A stretch of 64,000 bases of DNA from Thermoplasmata archaeon. GTDB taxonomy: Archaea; Thermoplasmatota; E2; JACPAO01; JAHFTW01. The stretch is from positions 352,001 to 416,000 of the forward strand of contig JAXDQS010000010.1 in assembly GCA_034667725.1 (NCBI GenBank), given 5' to 3'. Positions within the stretch are counted from its first letter, which is position 1. Every line of letters begins with the position of its first letter. The position numbers and the translations under genes were made by a program. This document shows, piece by piece, positions 8,777 through 17,536 of the stretch. Under the pieces are notes generated by a model. The model saw only the letters and a list, made by a program, of their open reading frames with translations. It ran no database searches and was not told where the DNA came from.

Positions 8777-10732
8777 CTAGGCCTTGCGGCGCATCTTGGG
8801 CGCCATCTCGAGGGTCGGTTCCTGGGGCGTGAAGGTCGCAAGCAGCTGCTTGTAGAGCCCTTGCTCGGCGCCCTTGGTGGTGGCAGCAAGGCGCTGGACG
8901 ATGAGCTCGGGGGTGCTGCGCGCCATCTGGCCGATGCGCGGCATCCGGTCCACGACGAGGCGGTTGTGCGCGTCCAGGCCGGTGGCCTCGATGCCGTCCA
9001 GCCGCACCGGGGCGGTCGTGTGCCGCAGGACGTGCTGCGCCATGTGGCTCACGACGACGGCGAGGCTCGGGGAGTCCTGGAGGCGGTCGAGGAAGAAGCC
9101 CAGGATGCGGGCGGCGGCCTCCATCTCGGTGACCGACTCGACCTCGTCGGCCAGCACCAGGCGGCGCTCGTGGCCGAGGGCAAGCGGCAGGAAGCTGCGC
9201 AGGAAGGTCTCGAAGGCGCCGGCGTCCAGGCTGCGGCGGGCCGTGATGTAGTGCAGCTCGTCGATCCATGGCACCTCGACGCCCGCGCCGACGACCGGCA
9301 GCCCGAGCCGCGCCATCAGCACCAGTTGGGCAAGGTGCTCCAGCAGCGTGGTCTTGCCGCCGGAGTTGGCGCCGGTGAGGATGGCGACCGTCTCGTCGCC
9401 GCCGATGTGGTAGGCGATGCGCTGCACCGGCTCGTCGCGCGGCCCCGCGAGGTCGAGGTGGACGGAGTCGCCGAACGCGAGGTGGGACCCGAACCGGGCC
9501 GGGTGCAGGTCGTAGTGGTGCGCGAAGCAGCCGAGGGCGAACCGGACCTCGAACTCCTGGTGCGCCGCCAGCTCCTTGCGGATGGGGTCCCGCAGGTCGT
9601 GGAGCGCCTTGGCGGCGCGGGCGAGGTCGTGGTGGCGGGCGGCGCGGCGCCGGAACGCCTGCGCGGCCTCGACCCGCCGCAGCTCCTCCTCGTCGATGGC
9701 GACGGGGTGGCCGCCGACGAACGGCTGGAACGCGACCCCGGTGCGTTCGCGCAGCAGGTCGCGGCCTTCCTGGAGGCAGGCGTCGACCGCGCGCTGGACG
9801 GGGGCCGGCAGCTTGCGGCCGAGGCTCGCCAGCAGGTCGGCGCCGGTGATGGTGACGGTGGCAAGGCGCTCCTTGAGGCGCGCGTCCAACTCGGCGCGCA
9901 CCGCCTCGACGGCGGGCCGCAGCGGCGCCTCGGACGGCGGCGGCGGGAGCTGCGCGAGCAAGGCCAAGGCCTGCGCGGCGGCGCCGGGCGCGCCCAGCAG
10001 CGCGGACAGCTCGGCGGTGGCCTCGATGGCGTCGCGGTTGGCCGTGAACCAGGCCAAGGTGGCCTCGGGGAACAGCTCGCAGGCGGTGGTGCCGGCCGGG
10101 ACCTCGACGAGGTTGGGCAGGTGGTCGAGGTCGGCGCCGTCGTCGGGCACGAACAGGGCGAGGTCGTAGCCGCCGGCGCGCTCCACGTCCTCCATGCCGC
10201 CAAGGCTGGCCCAGCGGCCGTAGCCCTGCTTGGCGAGGCGGTCGAGCAGCTGCGGGTCTTGGACCAGCACGACGCGGCCGGTCTCCATCCGGGGCGGCGG
10301 CGCCTGGGGCGGGCGCAGGCGGGCCAGGAGCGCGCGCACCCGCTTGCGGTCGAGCCGCGCCACCGTCGCCTTGTCGGCCATGACGGCCTGGGCGCTCCGC
10401 TCGGCGGCCGCCGCGTCCGGCAGCGGGCCCAGCAGGCGCAGGCGGTTGCGGCCCTGCGGGGTGGCCGCGAAGCCGCGCAGGCGCTCCAGCACCTCGTCGT
10501 GGACGCGGCGCGCGGGGGCAGTGGCCAGGAAGCCCTCCTCGTCGGCGATGCCGCGCAGGTGGCGCAGCAGCTCGATGGCGCGGCGCTCGGAGATGCCGGG
10601 CACGGCGGCGATGGCCTCGAGGTCGCAGCGCTCCAAGGCGAGCGCCAGCTGCGGCTCGCCCTTGAGATGGGTGAGGGCGGCCTGGGCCAGTTGCGGGCCG
10701 AGCCAGGCGACGGCCTCCTTGAGGTCCTTCAT
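8777..10732 (-). CDS. Archaeal MutS2/MutS5-like ATPase with N-terminal HhH and no Smr domain
   Basis: VPGISERRA (HhH), Walker A GANSGGKTT, LDAGAFE, Walker B LVLADEVE, VVSH. Confidence 0.85.
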   Translation of the reverse strand: MKDLKEAVAWLGPQLAQAALTHLKGEPQLALALERCDLEAIAAVPGISERRAIELLRHLRGIADEEGFLATAPARRVHDEVLERLRGFAATPQGRNRLRLLGPLPDAAAAERSAQAVMADKATVARLDRKRVRALLARLRPPQAPPPRMETGRVVLVQDPQLLDRLAKQGYGRWASLGGMEDVERAGGYDLALFVPDDGADLDHLPNLVEVPAGTTACELFPEATLAWFTANRDAIEATAELSALLGAPGAAAQALALLAQLPPPPSEAPLRPAVEAVRAELDARLKERLATVTITGADLLASLGRKLPAPVQRAVDACLQEGRDLLRERTGVAFQPFVGGHPVAIDEEELRRVEAAQAFRRRAARHHDLARAAKALHDLRDPIRKELAAHQEFEVRFALGCFAHHYDLHPARFGSHLAFGDSVHLDLAGPRDEPVQRIAYHIGGDETVAILTGANSGGKTTLLEHLAQLVLMARLGLPVVGAGVEVPWIDELHYITARRSLDAGAFETFLRSFLPLALGHERRLVLADEVESVTEMEAAARILGFFLDRLQDSPSLAVVVSHMAQHVLRHTTAPVRLDGIEATGLDAHNRLVVDRMPRIGQMARSTPELIVQRLAATTKGAEQGLYKQLLATFTPQEPTLEMAPKMRRKA

Positions 10733-11247
10733 GCGGACATCTCCCACAAGGCGCGGTTGTCCGGGTCCTGGGCCTGGGTGCCGGTGCCGGGCTCGGCCAG
10801 GACGCGGCGGTCGGGGCGGAGGGCGTAGCCGTCGTCCATATGGTAGACCTGGAAGTATTGGCGGTGGAGCCATGCGCCGGTGCTCTTGCTCTTGCGCCGG
10901 TTGCCGCCGACCCAGCGCCAGATCTCGACGGAGTCGTAGAGCGGGTCCCACGGGACGACGGCGAGGTCGGCCTTCTTCTGGCCGATGCCCGAGTGGGCGG
11001 TGACCTGGATCCAGCGGGTGCGCTCGCCGCGCCGCTTGGCCACCAGGTCGATGCAGCCGAAGACGTCGTTGCTCTGGCTGACGAAGATGGGTCCCCGCTT
11101 GATGCCGGTGCGCACGCAGCGGTGGACGGTGTAGCCTTCGGCCTCCAGGAGCTTCAAGGCCGCCAGCTCGATCTGGGTGCCTTTCTTGGAGCGGTTGACC
11201 TTGCGCTTGGGGGCCGCGGCCGGCGGGGGCAAGGTGGGGTCGTCCAC
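10729..11247 (-). CDS. Holliday-junction-resolvase-like PD-(D/E)XK nuclease
   Basis: KG..IE....LEAEGY.V.R, DVFGCIDLVA, WIQVT; stop overlaps the MutS ATG (ATGA); GTG start inferred. Confidence 0.65.
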   Translation of the reverse strand: MDDPTLPPPAAAPKRKVNRSKKGTQIELAALKLLEAEGYTVHRCVRTGIKRGPIFVSQSNDVFGCIDLVAKRRGERTRWIQVTAHSGIGQKKADLAVVPWDPLYDSVEIWRWVGGNRRKSKSTGAWLHRQYFQVYHMDDGYALRPDRRVLAEPGTGTQAQDPDNRALWEMSA

Positions 11248-11611
11248 GCCAAAGGGAGCCGGCTGGATGAGATGATGGGGCCGGAGAGGTGGGTGAATGC
11301 ACGCGACGCCGCGCCGGCCTCTGGCAGGGCCCTCATGGAGAACGCGGCAGGGTTGAAGCCCGGCCTGCGGATTCCGCGGCCCGCCCGCCTTCCAAGTGCT
11401 TATGTCCATCGAGGGACATACCTTCGATTGCGTGTTCCGCTTGAAACGGGTACTCGCGGCCCCCAGCGTGGGGCCAGGGCGCGCCGCCCCTGTTCGCGTG
11501 GCGCCGCCTGCACTCCGGCAACCGGGGGGACGACCTCTGGCAGACAAGCCCATCCCCCGCCGGCACCACCCCCTCCGCCTTCTTGCGCCAAGCATTCGAG
11601 AGGTCTGAACC

Positions 11612-12418
11612 ATGAAAGTCCGAGATGTGATGACCACCGTCCTGGTGACGGTGGAGAAGGATCGAAACCTGAAGGACGTGCTCCACACCATGCGCGAGCA
11701 CAACATCACGAAAATCCCCGTGGTCGAAGACGGCGAACTGGTCGGCATCGTGACCGACGGCAAGATCGCCGACAAGCTCGGCCGCATCCACAACAAGAGC
11801 GTCCAATTGACGACGATGCACGCCTCCTCCGTCATGGAGAAGGACTTCCTGCGCGCCCACCCGGACGAGGATCTCGCGGTCCTCTTGGCCGACGTCGGCA
11901 AGCCCGGCGTCACCATGGTGCCGGTCGTGCAAGGCCGCAAGCTCGTGGGCATCGTCACCAAGGCGGACCTGCTGCGCCTCGTCGAGGCCGACACGCCCGT
12001 CGAGGAGCTGATGCAGCGCGAGCTGAAGTCCGTCAGCCCGGACGAGCGCATCATCCACGCGCGCCGCCTGCTCTTGGACAACGACATCGCCCGCCTGCCC
12101 GTCCTGGAAGGCGGCCGGCTGCGCGGCATCATCGCCGAGCACGAGATCGCCGAGGCGTTCGCCGACCTCAAGACGGCCGACGCCCACGTCCAGCGGGTCA
12201 ACATCCGCGACCTGCAGGTCGGCCCTTTCATGCGGCGGCAGGTCGTGACGGCCAAGCCCGGCATGACCGCCCGCCAGGCCGCCCGGATGATGCTGGACCA
12301 GCACGTGGGAGCGCTGCCCGTGGTCGCCGAGAACGGCGTCATCCAAGGCATCGTCACCCGCACGGACCTGATCCGCACCTTCGCGCCGTCCGAGCGCGTG
12401 CCCGCGATGGCCGCCTGA
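11612..12418 (+). CDS. Tandem CBS-domain protein (four CBS repeats)
   Basis: Four PV...G.L.GI(V/I) repeats; GAGGT Shine-Dalgarno-like site upstream. Confidence 0.92.
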   Translation: MKVRDVMTTVLVTVEKDRNLKDVLHTMREHNITKIPVVEDGELVGIVTDGKIADKLGRIHNKSVQLTTMHASSVMEKDFLRAHPDEDLAVLLADVGKPGVTMVPVVQGRKLVGIVTKADLLRLVEADTPVEELMQRELKSVSPDERIIHARRLLLDNDIARLPVLEGGRLRGIIAEHEIAEAFADLKTADAHVQRVNIRDLQVGPFMRRQVVTAKPGMTARQAARMMLDQHVGALPVVAENGVIQGIVTRTDLIRTFAPSERVPAMAA

Positions 12419-12431
12419 GCCGCGCCCGCGC

Positions 12432-12462
12432 GCCCCTTTTCCTTCCTCCTCCCTCTGTTCTG
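12432..12462 (+). terminator. Pyrimidine-rich putative archaeal terminator after the CBS gene
   Basis: ccccttttccttcctcctccctctgttct shortly after the stop codon, between convergent genes. Confidence 0.4.
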
Positions 12463-12479
12463 CCCGGCTGCCGCCCCCG

Positions 12480-12644
12480 TCAGCCCCGGCGCCGGATCAC
12501 GAGATGGTCGTCCTGGATGCGAATCTCCAGCTCGTCGCCGTGCCGGAACGGGAACTTCGAGTCGCGCACCAGCCGCTGGCTGATGTAAATCAAGGTTCGC
12601 GACGACTCGGATTGGTGCAGCCGGCCTTCGCCGACCAAGGTCAT
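12480..12644 (-). CDS. Small AbrB/MazE/SpoVT-like DNA-binding protein
   Basis: 54 aa, RTLIYIS..LV....FPF..GDELEIRI...LVIR swapped-hairpin pattern. Confidence 0.65.
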   Translation of the reverse strand: MTLVGEGRLHQSESSRTLIYISQRLVRDSKFPFRHGDELEIRIQDDHLVIRRRG

Positions 12645-13038
12645 GGCCGAAGGACCGGGGCACGGTGGATGGCGTGCTTGGATCCAAGAATTGGCGCCAT
12701 TGGCTGGCGCCAATCCCGGGCGCGCCCGCGCCCCGTGCGCGCGGCGCCTCGCGCCACGCGGCCGTTGGGCCGGCCGCCGCCCGCGCCGGCGCGTGGCCGG
12801 CGGGTCGGCGGACGGCCGGCGTGCATCGCGATGCCGGCAGCGGCGCAGGGCCGCCCGGTCTCATCCATGCGCATCCAGCCATCATCCCCGCGGCAGCCAT
12901 CCCCCGGCCCGATTCCAGCCTTCGCGCCGGGTTGGTGAAAGGTCGGGGGCGGCGATCGGCGCCTGTTCCTGGGTCCAGGCAAGTGATGACGCCTGGCGGG
13001 CTTGTTCCCGCGGTGCTTCTCGCACCAGGACCAACCCC

Positions 13039-13614
13039 ATGTTGACCCAGACCCACCTGGCCGCGGCGCTGCTGCTGACGGCCCTCACCGCCACCGCCGC
13101 CCAAGCGGACCCCGCCGCTGACGCCACCCTCGAGTGCAGCTTCGCGACCCACGCCGACTACCTCGCGATGGACAGCAAGCTCGCCAAGTCCAAAGGCGGC
13201 GCCGTGCGGCTGACCGACGTCTGCGACGCCGTGAAGATCGACCTGCCGACGGCAAGCGACCCCTGTTCCGACTACGATGCCACGTACCGCGTGAGTTGGG
13301 CGTTCTACGTCGGCGGCCTGGCCCGCGACCCCATCGTGAACAGCGCCGTCTACTGGGCCACCGCCACGACTTCGGAGACCTGGACCAAGAGCGGCAGCTA
13401 CTGCGTGCTCACCTCCACCGAGTGCGACATCGAAGTGACGGACGGCAGCCGCTTCCACCACGAATGGTTCACCCACACCGGCTACGGCTCCCACGAGGTC
13501 ACGTGGGGCCAGTACAAGCAGCTCGCGCTCTCCGACGTCCGGGTGTCGTGCCGGACCCTCGAAGCCTCCGGCGCCGTGGCCCCCGGCGTCTACGTCTACG
13601 GGAGCAAGGAGTGA
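13039..13614 (+). CDS. Secreted hypothetical protein, Cys-containing
   Basis: Signal peptide MLTQTHLAAALLLTALTATAAQA; coding-like codon bias. Confidence 0.7.
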   Translation: MLTQTHLAAALLLTALTATAAQADPAADATLECSFATHADYLAMDSKLAKSKGGAVRLTDVCDAVKIDLPTASDPCSDYDATYRVSWAFYVGGLARDPIVNSAVYWATATTSETWTKSGSYCVLTSTECDIEVTDGSRFHHEWFTHTGYGSHEVTWGQYKQLALSDVRVSCRTLEASGAVAPGVYVYGSKE

Positions 13615-13664
13615 TCCGCCTAGCCCGCCTCCTCCCCTCATCCCACCCCGTCGCGGTGACCCCG

Positions 13665-15083
13665 ATGCGCCCCCCTTCCATCCTCCCGATCCTGCTGCTC
13701 GCGGCCGCCCTTTCCGGCTGCGCGCAACCCTCCTCGCAAGACCTCGCGGCCCCGTTCGGCGAACTGCGCGACGGCGCCGTGTTCCACTACCGCGCCACTG
13801 GCTTCGACGTTCTTGACAACCCGTTCGACGCCGAGGTTGCCTACGCCATCGCCGCCCTGCCCGACGCCTTGCGCGCCGATGGCCGGATTGTCGAGGACGC
13901 ATACGGCTGGCAGGCCAGCGCCACCCTCGTGGGCCCGATGAGCCGCAACGAGAAGACGCCCGGCCTGCACCGCTTCGCGGCCGCCTGGGCCGAGCCGCTG
14001 AGCTTCTTCCCCGACGGGCCGCGGCTGGTCAGCCTGAACCCGCTCGTGTTCCCGGTCAAGCATGACTGGTTCGCCCGCCTGCCGGCGCCGCTCCCGGTCT
14101 CGGACACCCCGCTGCTGGCGTTCGAGCCCCTGCTGCACGGCTACGCCTTGGGCGAGTCGGTCTACGTCGGCGACCTGGAGCTGGCGTTCGGCGGCACCTT
14201 GGACCGGCCGACCTTGTGCTACCGCGACGCCGGCGAGGCCTTCCTGTGCGTCGAGGCCGAGGCCGACGGCGCCCCCCTGCCGCGCCGGGTCGCGGTGCGC
14301 GACCCGCGCGCAGGCGGGGACGCCTGGACGCTGGAGCGCACGGCGTGGACCCAAGGCGAAGGCGCGCCCATCCCGCTCGGCGCCGGCCGCGCGCCCAAGC
14401 ACAGCCTGCCCGCGGCGCGCGCGCCGATGGAGGAGGCCGCCTTCGGGCCGACCGTCGCGGTCGTGCCGCCCATCGGCCGAGTGCCGGACCTGAACTTCAC
14501 GCCGGCGCTGGCGGAGGCGCTGCGCAGCAAGGTGCTCTTCGACGGGCCCGCGCCGCGCACCTACCCTTCCGACTGGAGCTTCGACCTGGCCTACCGGCTC
14601 GTCGGGCCCGACGGCCGGGCGTACGACGCGACCGGGACGGTGGTCGGCAGTTGGCGGTTCCAGTTCCGCGACGGCAACGCCGACGAGGTCGTGTTCGACC
14701 GGATGGTCTACGAGCACGCGGCGGCCGGGACGCCGGTGATGGAGCCCGCCACGCCCGACACCTGGTGGCAGCACGGCGCCCTCACGGTGCCCGGCTACAC
14801 GGGGCCGGACGGCATGGAGGTCGTGCCGCTGTTCGACGCGCTTGTCCACTACGCGCCGGTGCTGGATGGCCCCGCCGAGGCCGTGGCGTGGCTCGACAAC
14901 GCGCCCTCGAACGAGGACGGGCCGACCTGGTGGGCCATCGCCTCGCACTGCCACGACGACCAGCCGCCGACCCGCCTCGTGCTGGACGCCCGCACCGGCG
15001 CCATCCGGCTGGCGTTCCGCGGCGTGCAGTGGAACGACCCCATCGGGTTCGACTGCGGCGACGGCGTGATGCCCATCCGGTAG
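13665..15083 (+). CDS. Hypothetical lipoprotein
   Basis: Lipobox LLLAAALSG-C. Confidence 0.75.
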   Translation: MRPPSILPILLLAAALSGCAQPSSQDLAAPFGELRDGAVFHYRATGFDVLDNPFDAEVAYAIAALPDALRADGRIVEDAYGWQASATLVGPMSRNEKTPGLHRFAAAWAEPLSFFPDGPRLVSLNPLVFPVKHDWFARLPAPLPVSDTPLLAFEPLLHGYALGESVYVGDLELAFGGTLDRPTLCYRDAGEAFLCVEAEADGAPLPRRVAVRDPRAGGDAWTLERTAWTQGEGAPIPLGAGRAPKHSLPAARAPMEEAAFGPTVAVVPPIGRVPDLNFTPALAEALRSKVLFDGPAPRTYPSDWSFDLAYRLVGPDGRAYDATGTVVGSWRFQFRDGNADEVVFDRMVYEHAAAGTPVMEPATPDTWWQHGALTVPGYTGPDGMEVVPLFDALVHYAPVLDGPAEAVAWLDNAPSNEDGPTWWAIASHCHDDQPPTRLVLDARTGAIRLAFRGVQWNDPIGFDCGDGVMPIR

Positions 15084-15121
15084 GCCGAAGGCTTTTGACG
15101 GCGGCACGGCGCTGCAAGGCC

Positions 15122-16468
15122 ATGCGCATCCTTGCTGCCGTCCTTGCGCTGGCCGCCGCCGTGGCGTTCCTGCCCGGCGGGTCGGCCCAGACGCACCAGT
15201 GCGGCGATATCGACCTGGTGTTCAAGAACCCGGACCTGCAGCCGGCGGACGACGGCTTCATCCACGCCGAGGGACAGTTCTTCGCGCAGTTCCAGGCCAT
15301 CGGGCCGCGCGCCGCCGAGATCGCCGTCTTCGGGTTCAGCTTCGGCGCCCACACCATCGACGTGGACGAGGCCGTGTGCGACGCGCCGCAGTGGGCCACG
15401 GGCGCCTACGTCCCCAACTACCGCGCCGACCGCGACGCCAGCGACGGCTTCTTCATCCCGATCAAGACCACGCTGGTCCCGGACGGCACCTACGCGGTCG
15501 CCGTGCACGCCTACGACGCCCAGAACGTCGAGCTGGCGCGCTTCTGGGGCAAGGCCATCGTGGACAACTGCGACCCCCAGCCCACGCCGGCGCAGGAGAA
15601 GTGCGACCAGGACCCGGCCCAGCTCGTCGCCCACGACGCCACCGCCCCGTGGCCCATCGTCCTGCCCGGCGACGGCCAGGCGCTCGACGGCCACCAGTTC
15701 ACCATCGAGTTCGGCGAGCCGCTCTCCAACCTCACGGTCTACCTCAACGGCCAGGACATCACCGCCCAGATGGCGGCATGGGACGGCCGCCTGTGGGATG
15801 GCGACTACGTCCCCGACTACGGCCCCGGCGGCCTCAGCGAAGTGGTCGCCCCGCCGTGCAGCGGCGCCCCCGGCCAGGCGTGCGAGCACTACGGCCCCGC
15901 CTACGAGTGGACCGGCCGCCCGCTGGTGGACGCCGACGTGGTGCGCATCGAGGCGCACGACCTGGCCGGCAACCTCGCCGTCAAGGACCTCCACATCGGC
16001 TCGGGGCTCACCAGCGGCGCCGTCACCGCCGACGTGGCGCTGCTGTCCGACTCGGTGGACCACCTCGAGCAGCCGGCCGCCGCGGGCGGCGCCGCCGTGT
16101 TCCACTTCAACATCACCAACAACGGCGGCGGCACCGGCCACCCGTTCGCCGGCGCCCAGGCGCCCCCCGGCTGGACCGCACGCTGGGAGCCGGTCCATGT
16201 CGTGGTGGCGCCCGGCAAGACCGAGCCCCAAAGCCTGCGCGTCGAGGTGCCCGCCGGCACGCCGGACGGCCGCTACGCCGTCAACGCCACCTTGACCTAC
16301 GCCTCGGGCAGCGAGGAGAAGGTCATCGCGCGGCCGCTCTGGGTGGTCGTCGGCGCCGGCACGGCCGCCGCCACGAGCCCCGCCGACGACGGCGCGACGG
16401 CGCCGCTGCCGGCGCCGTTCGCGGCCGTCGCGGCGGCGTTGCTGCTGGCGCGGCGGCGGCTGCGCTGA
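15122..16468 (+). CDS. Cell-surface protein with NEW3/Ig-like domain and C-terminal sorting-like tail
   Basis: Signal peptide; ITNNG..APPGW..VAPG..VEVPAGTPDGRY Ig-like repeat; PLP-hydrophobic-RRR tail. Confidence 0.75.
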   Translation: MRILAAVLALAAAVAFLPGGSAQTHQCGDIDLVFKNPDLQPADDGFIHAEGQFFAQFQAIGPRAAEIAVFGFSFGAHTIDVDEAVCDAPQWATGAYVPNYRADRDASDGFFIPIKTTLVPDGTYAVAVHAYDAQNVELARFWGKAIVDNCDPQPTPAQEKCDQDPAQLVAHDATAPWPIVLPGDGQALDGHQFTIEFGEPLSNLTVYLNGQDITAQMAAWDGRLWDGDYVPDYGPGGLSEVVAPPCSGAPGQACEHYGPAYEWTGRPLVDADVVRIEAHDLAGNLAVKDLHIGSGLTSGAVTADVALLSDSVDHLEQPAAAGGAAVFHFNITNNGGGTGHPFAGAQAPPGWTARWEPVHVVVAPGKTEPQSLRVEVPAGTPDGRYAVNATLTYASGSEEKVIARPLWVVVGAGTAAATSPADDGATAPLPAPFAAVAAALLLARRRLR

Positions 16469-16493
16469 ACGGCCCCGGTTCCGCCCCGTCGCG

Positions 16494-16499
16494 CTTATC
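16494..16499 (+). promoter_or_regulatory. TATA-like box CTTATC about 30 nt upstream of the cyanophycinase ATG
   Basis: Same hexamer at the same spacing before purN (23917) and ligase (32395). Confidence 0.5.
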
Positions 16500-16524
16500 T
16501 CCAAGCCGGCGGTTTCAGCCTGGG

Positions 16525-17397
16525 ATGGCCGAACCCCGACCGCGTGGATTCCTGGTGGCCATCGGCGGCAACGAGGACAAGACGTCGGACAAGGCGGTCC
16601 TCCGGTCGGTCCTGGAGCTGGTGCGGGGCGGCTCGCGCCACGTCGAGGTCATCCCCACGGCGTCGACGCTGCCGAAGGAGGTCGCGGACGACTACATCAA
16701 GGCGTTCAAGGACCTGGGCGTCCGCAAGGTCGGCATCCTGGACATCCGCAGCCGCGAGGACGCCGACCGCGAGGACTACGCCCAGCGCGTCCACGACTGC
16801 GACGTGGTCTACATCACGGGCGGCGACCAGGTCCGCCTGACCAGCCTGCTTGGCGGCTCCAAGGTGGGCCAGGCGATGCGCGACACCTACTTCGACGGCG
16901 GCGTCGTGGCCGGCACCTCCGCGGGGGCCGCCGCCATGAGCACCACGATGATCGCGGGCGGCGACCACGAGCAGGCGATGCGCAAGCGCTCGGTCGCCAT
17001 GACGCCGGGGCTCGGTTTGGTGAAGGACTGCGTCATCGACACCCATTTCCTCGACCGCGGCCGTGTCAGCCGCCTGCTGGAGGTCGTGGCCACCAACCCG
17101 GGCACCATCGGCCTGGGCGTCGGCGAGGACACGGGCATCCTGGTGCGCGACGGCCACCGCGTCGAGGTGCTGGGCTCCGGCATCGTGGTCGTGGTGGACG
17201 GGAAGGAAATCCGCACCAGCAACGTCCCGGACGCCGGCCCGCACGAGCCGTTGGCGGTCGAGCGGCTCATCCTGCACACCTTGGTCGCGGGCTACGGCTT
17301 CGACCTGGCGGAGCATGTGTACAGCGCCCCGCCGGCGAAGAAGAAGACCGCCGAGGAGAAGCGGGCCGAGGCCAAGGCGGGCGAAGCCGGCCGCTGA
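16525..17397 (+). CDS. cphB: Cyanophycinase (peptidase S51)
   Basis: IGGNEDK, IPTAS, TGGDQVRL, GTSAGA (Ser), IDTHF..RGR (His), GVGEDT (Glu). Confidence 0.88.
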   Translation: MAEPRPRGFLVAIGGNEDKTSDKAVLRSVLELVRGGSRHVEVIPTASTLPKEVADDYIKAFKDLGVRKVGILDIRSREDADREDYAQRVHDCDVVYITGGDQVRLTSLLGGSKVGQAMRDTYFDGGVVAGTSAGAAAMSTTMIAGGDHEQAMRKRSVAMTPGLGLVKDCVIDTHFLDRGRVSRLLEVVATNPGTIGLGVGEDTGILVRDGHRVEVLGSGIVVVVDGKEIRTSNVPDAGPHEPLAVERLILHTLVAGYGFDLAEHVYSAPPAKKKTAEEKRAEAKAGEAGR

Positions 17398-17412
17398 CCC
17401 CCCTCGGGGGGT
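17397..17412 (+). terminator. GC hairpin immediately after the cphB stop
   Basis: acccccc-tc-ggggggt inverted repeat. Confidence 0.3.
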
Positions 17413-17536
17413 TGACATGTCTTGCCACGCCAGCTTCGCGCATGGCGGCGATCGCCCCGCCCTCTCCCGGAACTCTTTAAGAACGCCAGCAGGTCGCCGC
17501 CAACAGGGAGCGGCCGCTCCCGATCCAGGGACCCCA

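Noticed and set aside
8078-10828. Long plus-strand ORF and similar antisense ORFs (e.g. 17477-19300, 42949-45063, 32106-34418)
   Set aside because: Antisense mirrors of motif-supported genes.
11396-11608. 70-aa ORF upstream of the CBS gene
   Set aside because: Start overlaps the TATA-like box and codon usage is unlike real genes; treated as leader, though a uORF is not excluded.
12665-13045. 126-aa ORF in the AbrB/secreted-gene interval
   Set aside because: Low-complexity Ala/Gly/Pro/Arg sequence with no motif or coding bias.
10729-13902. 1057-aa ORF as one gene
   Set aside because: Mostly the antisense shadow of the CBS and secreted genes in high-GC DNA; only the last ~172 codons look like a real protein.
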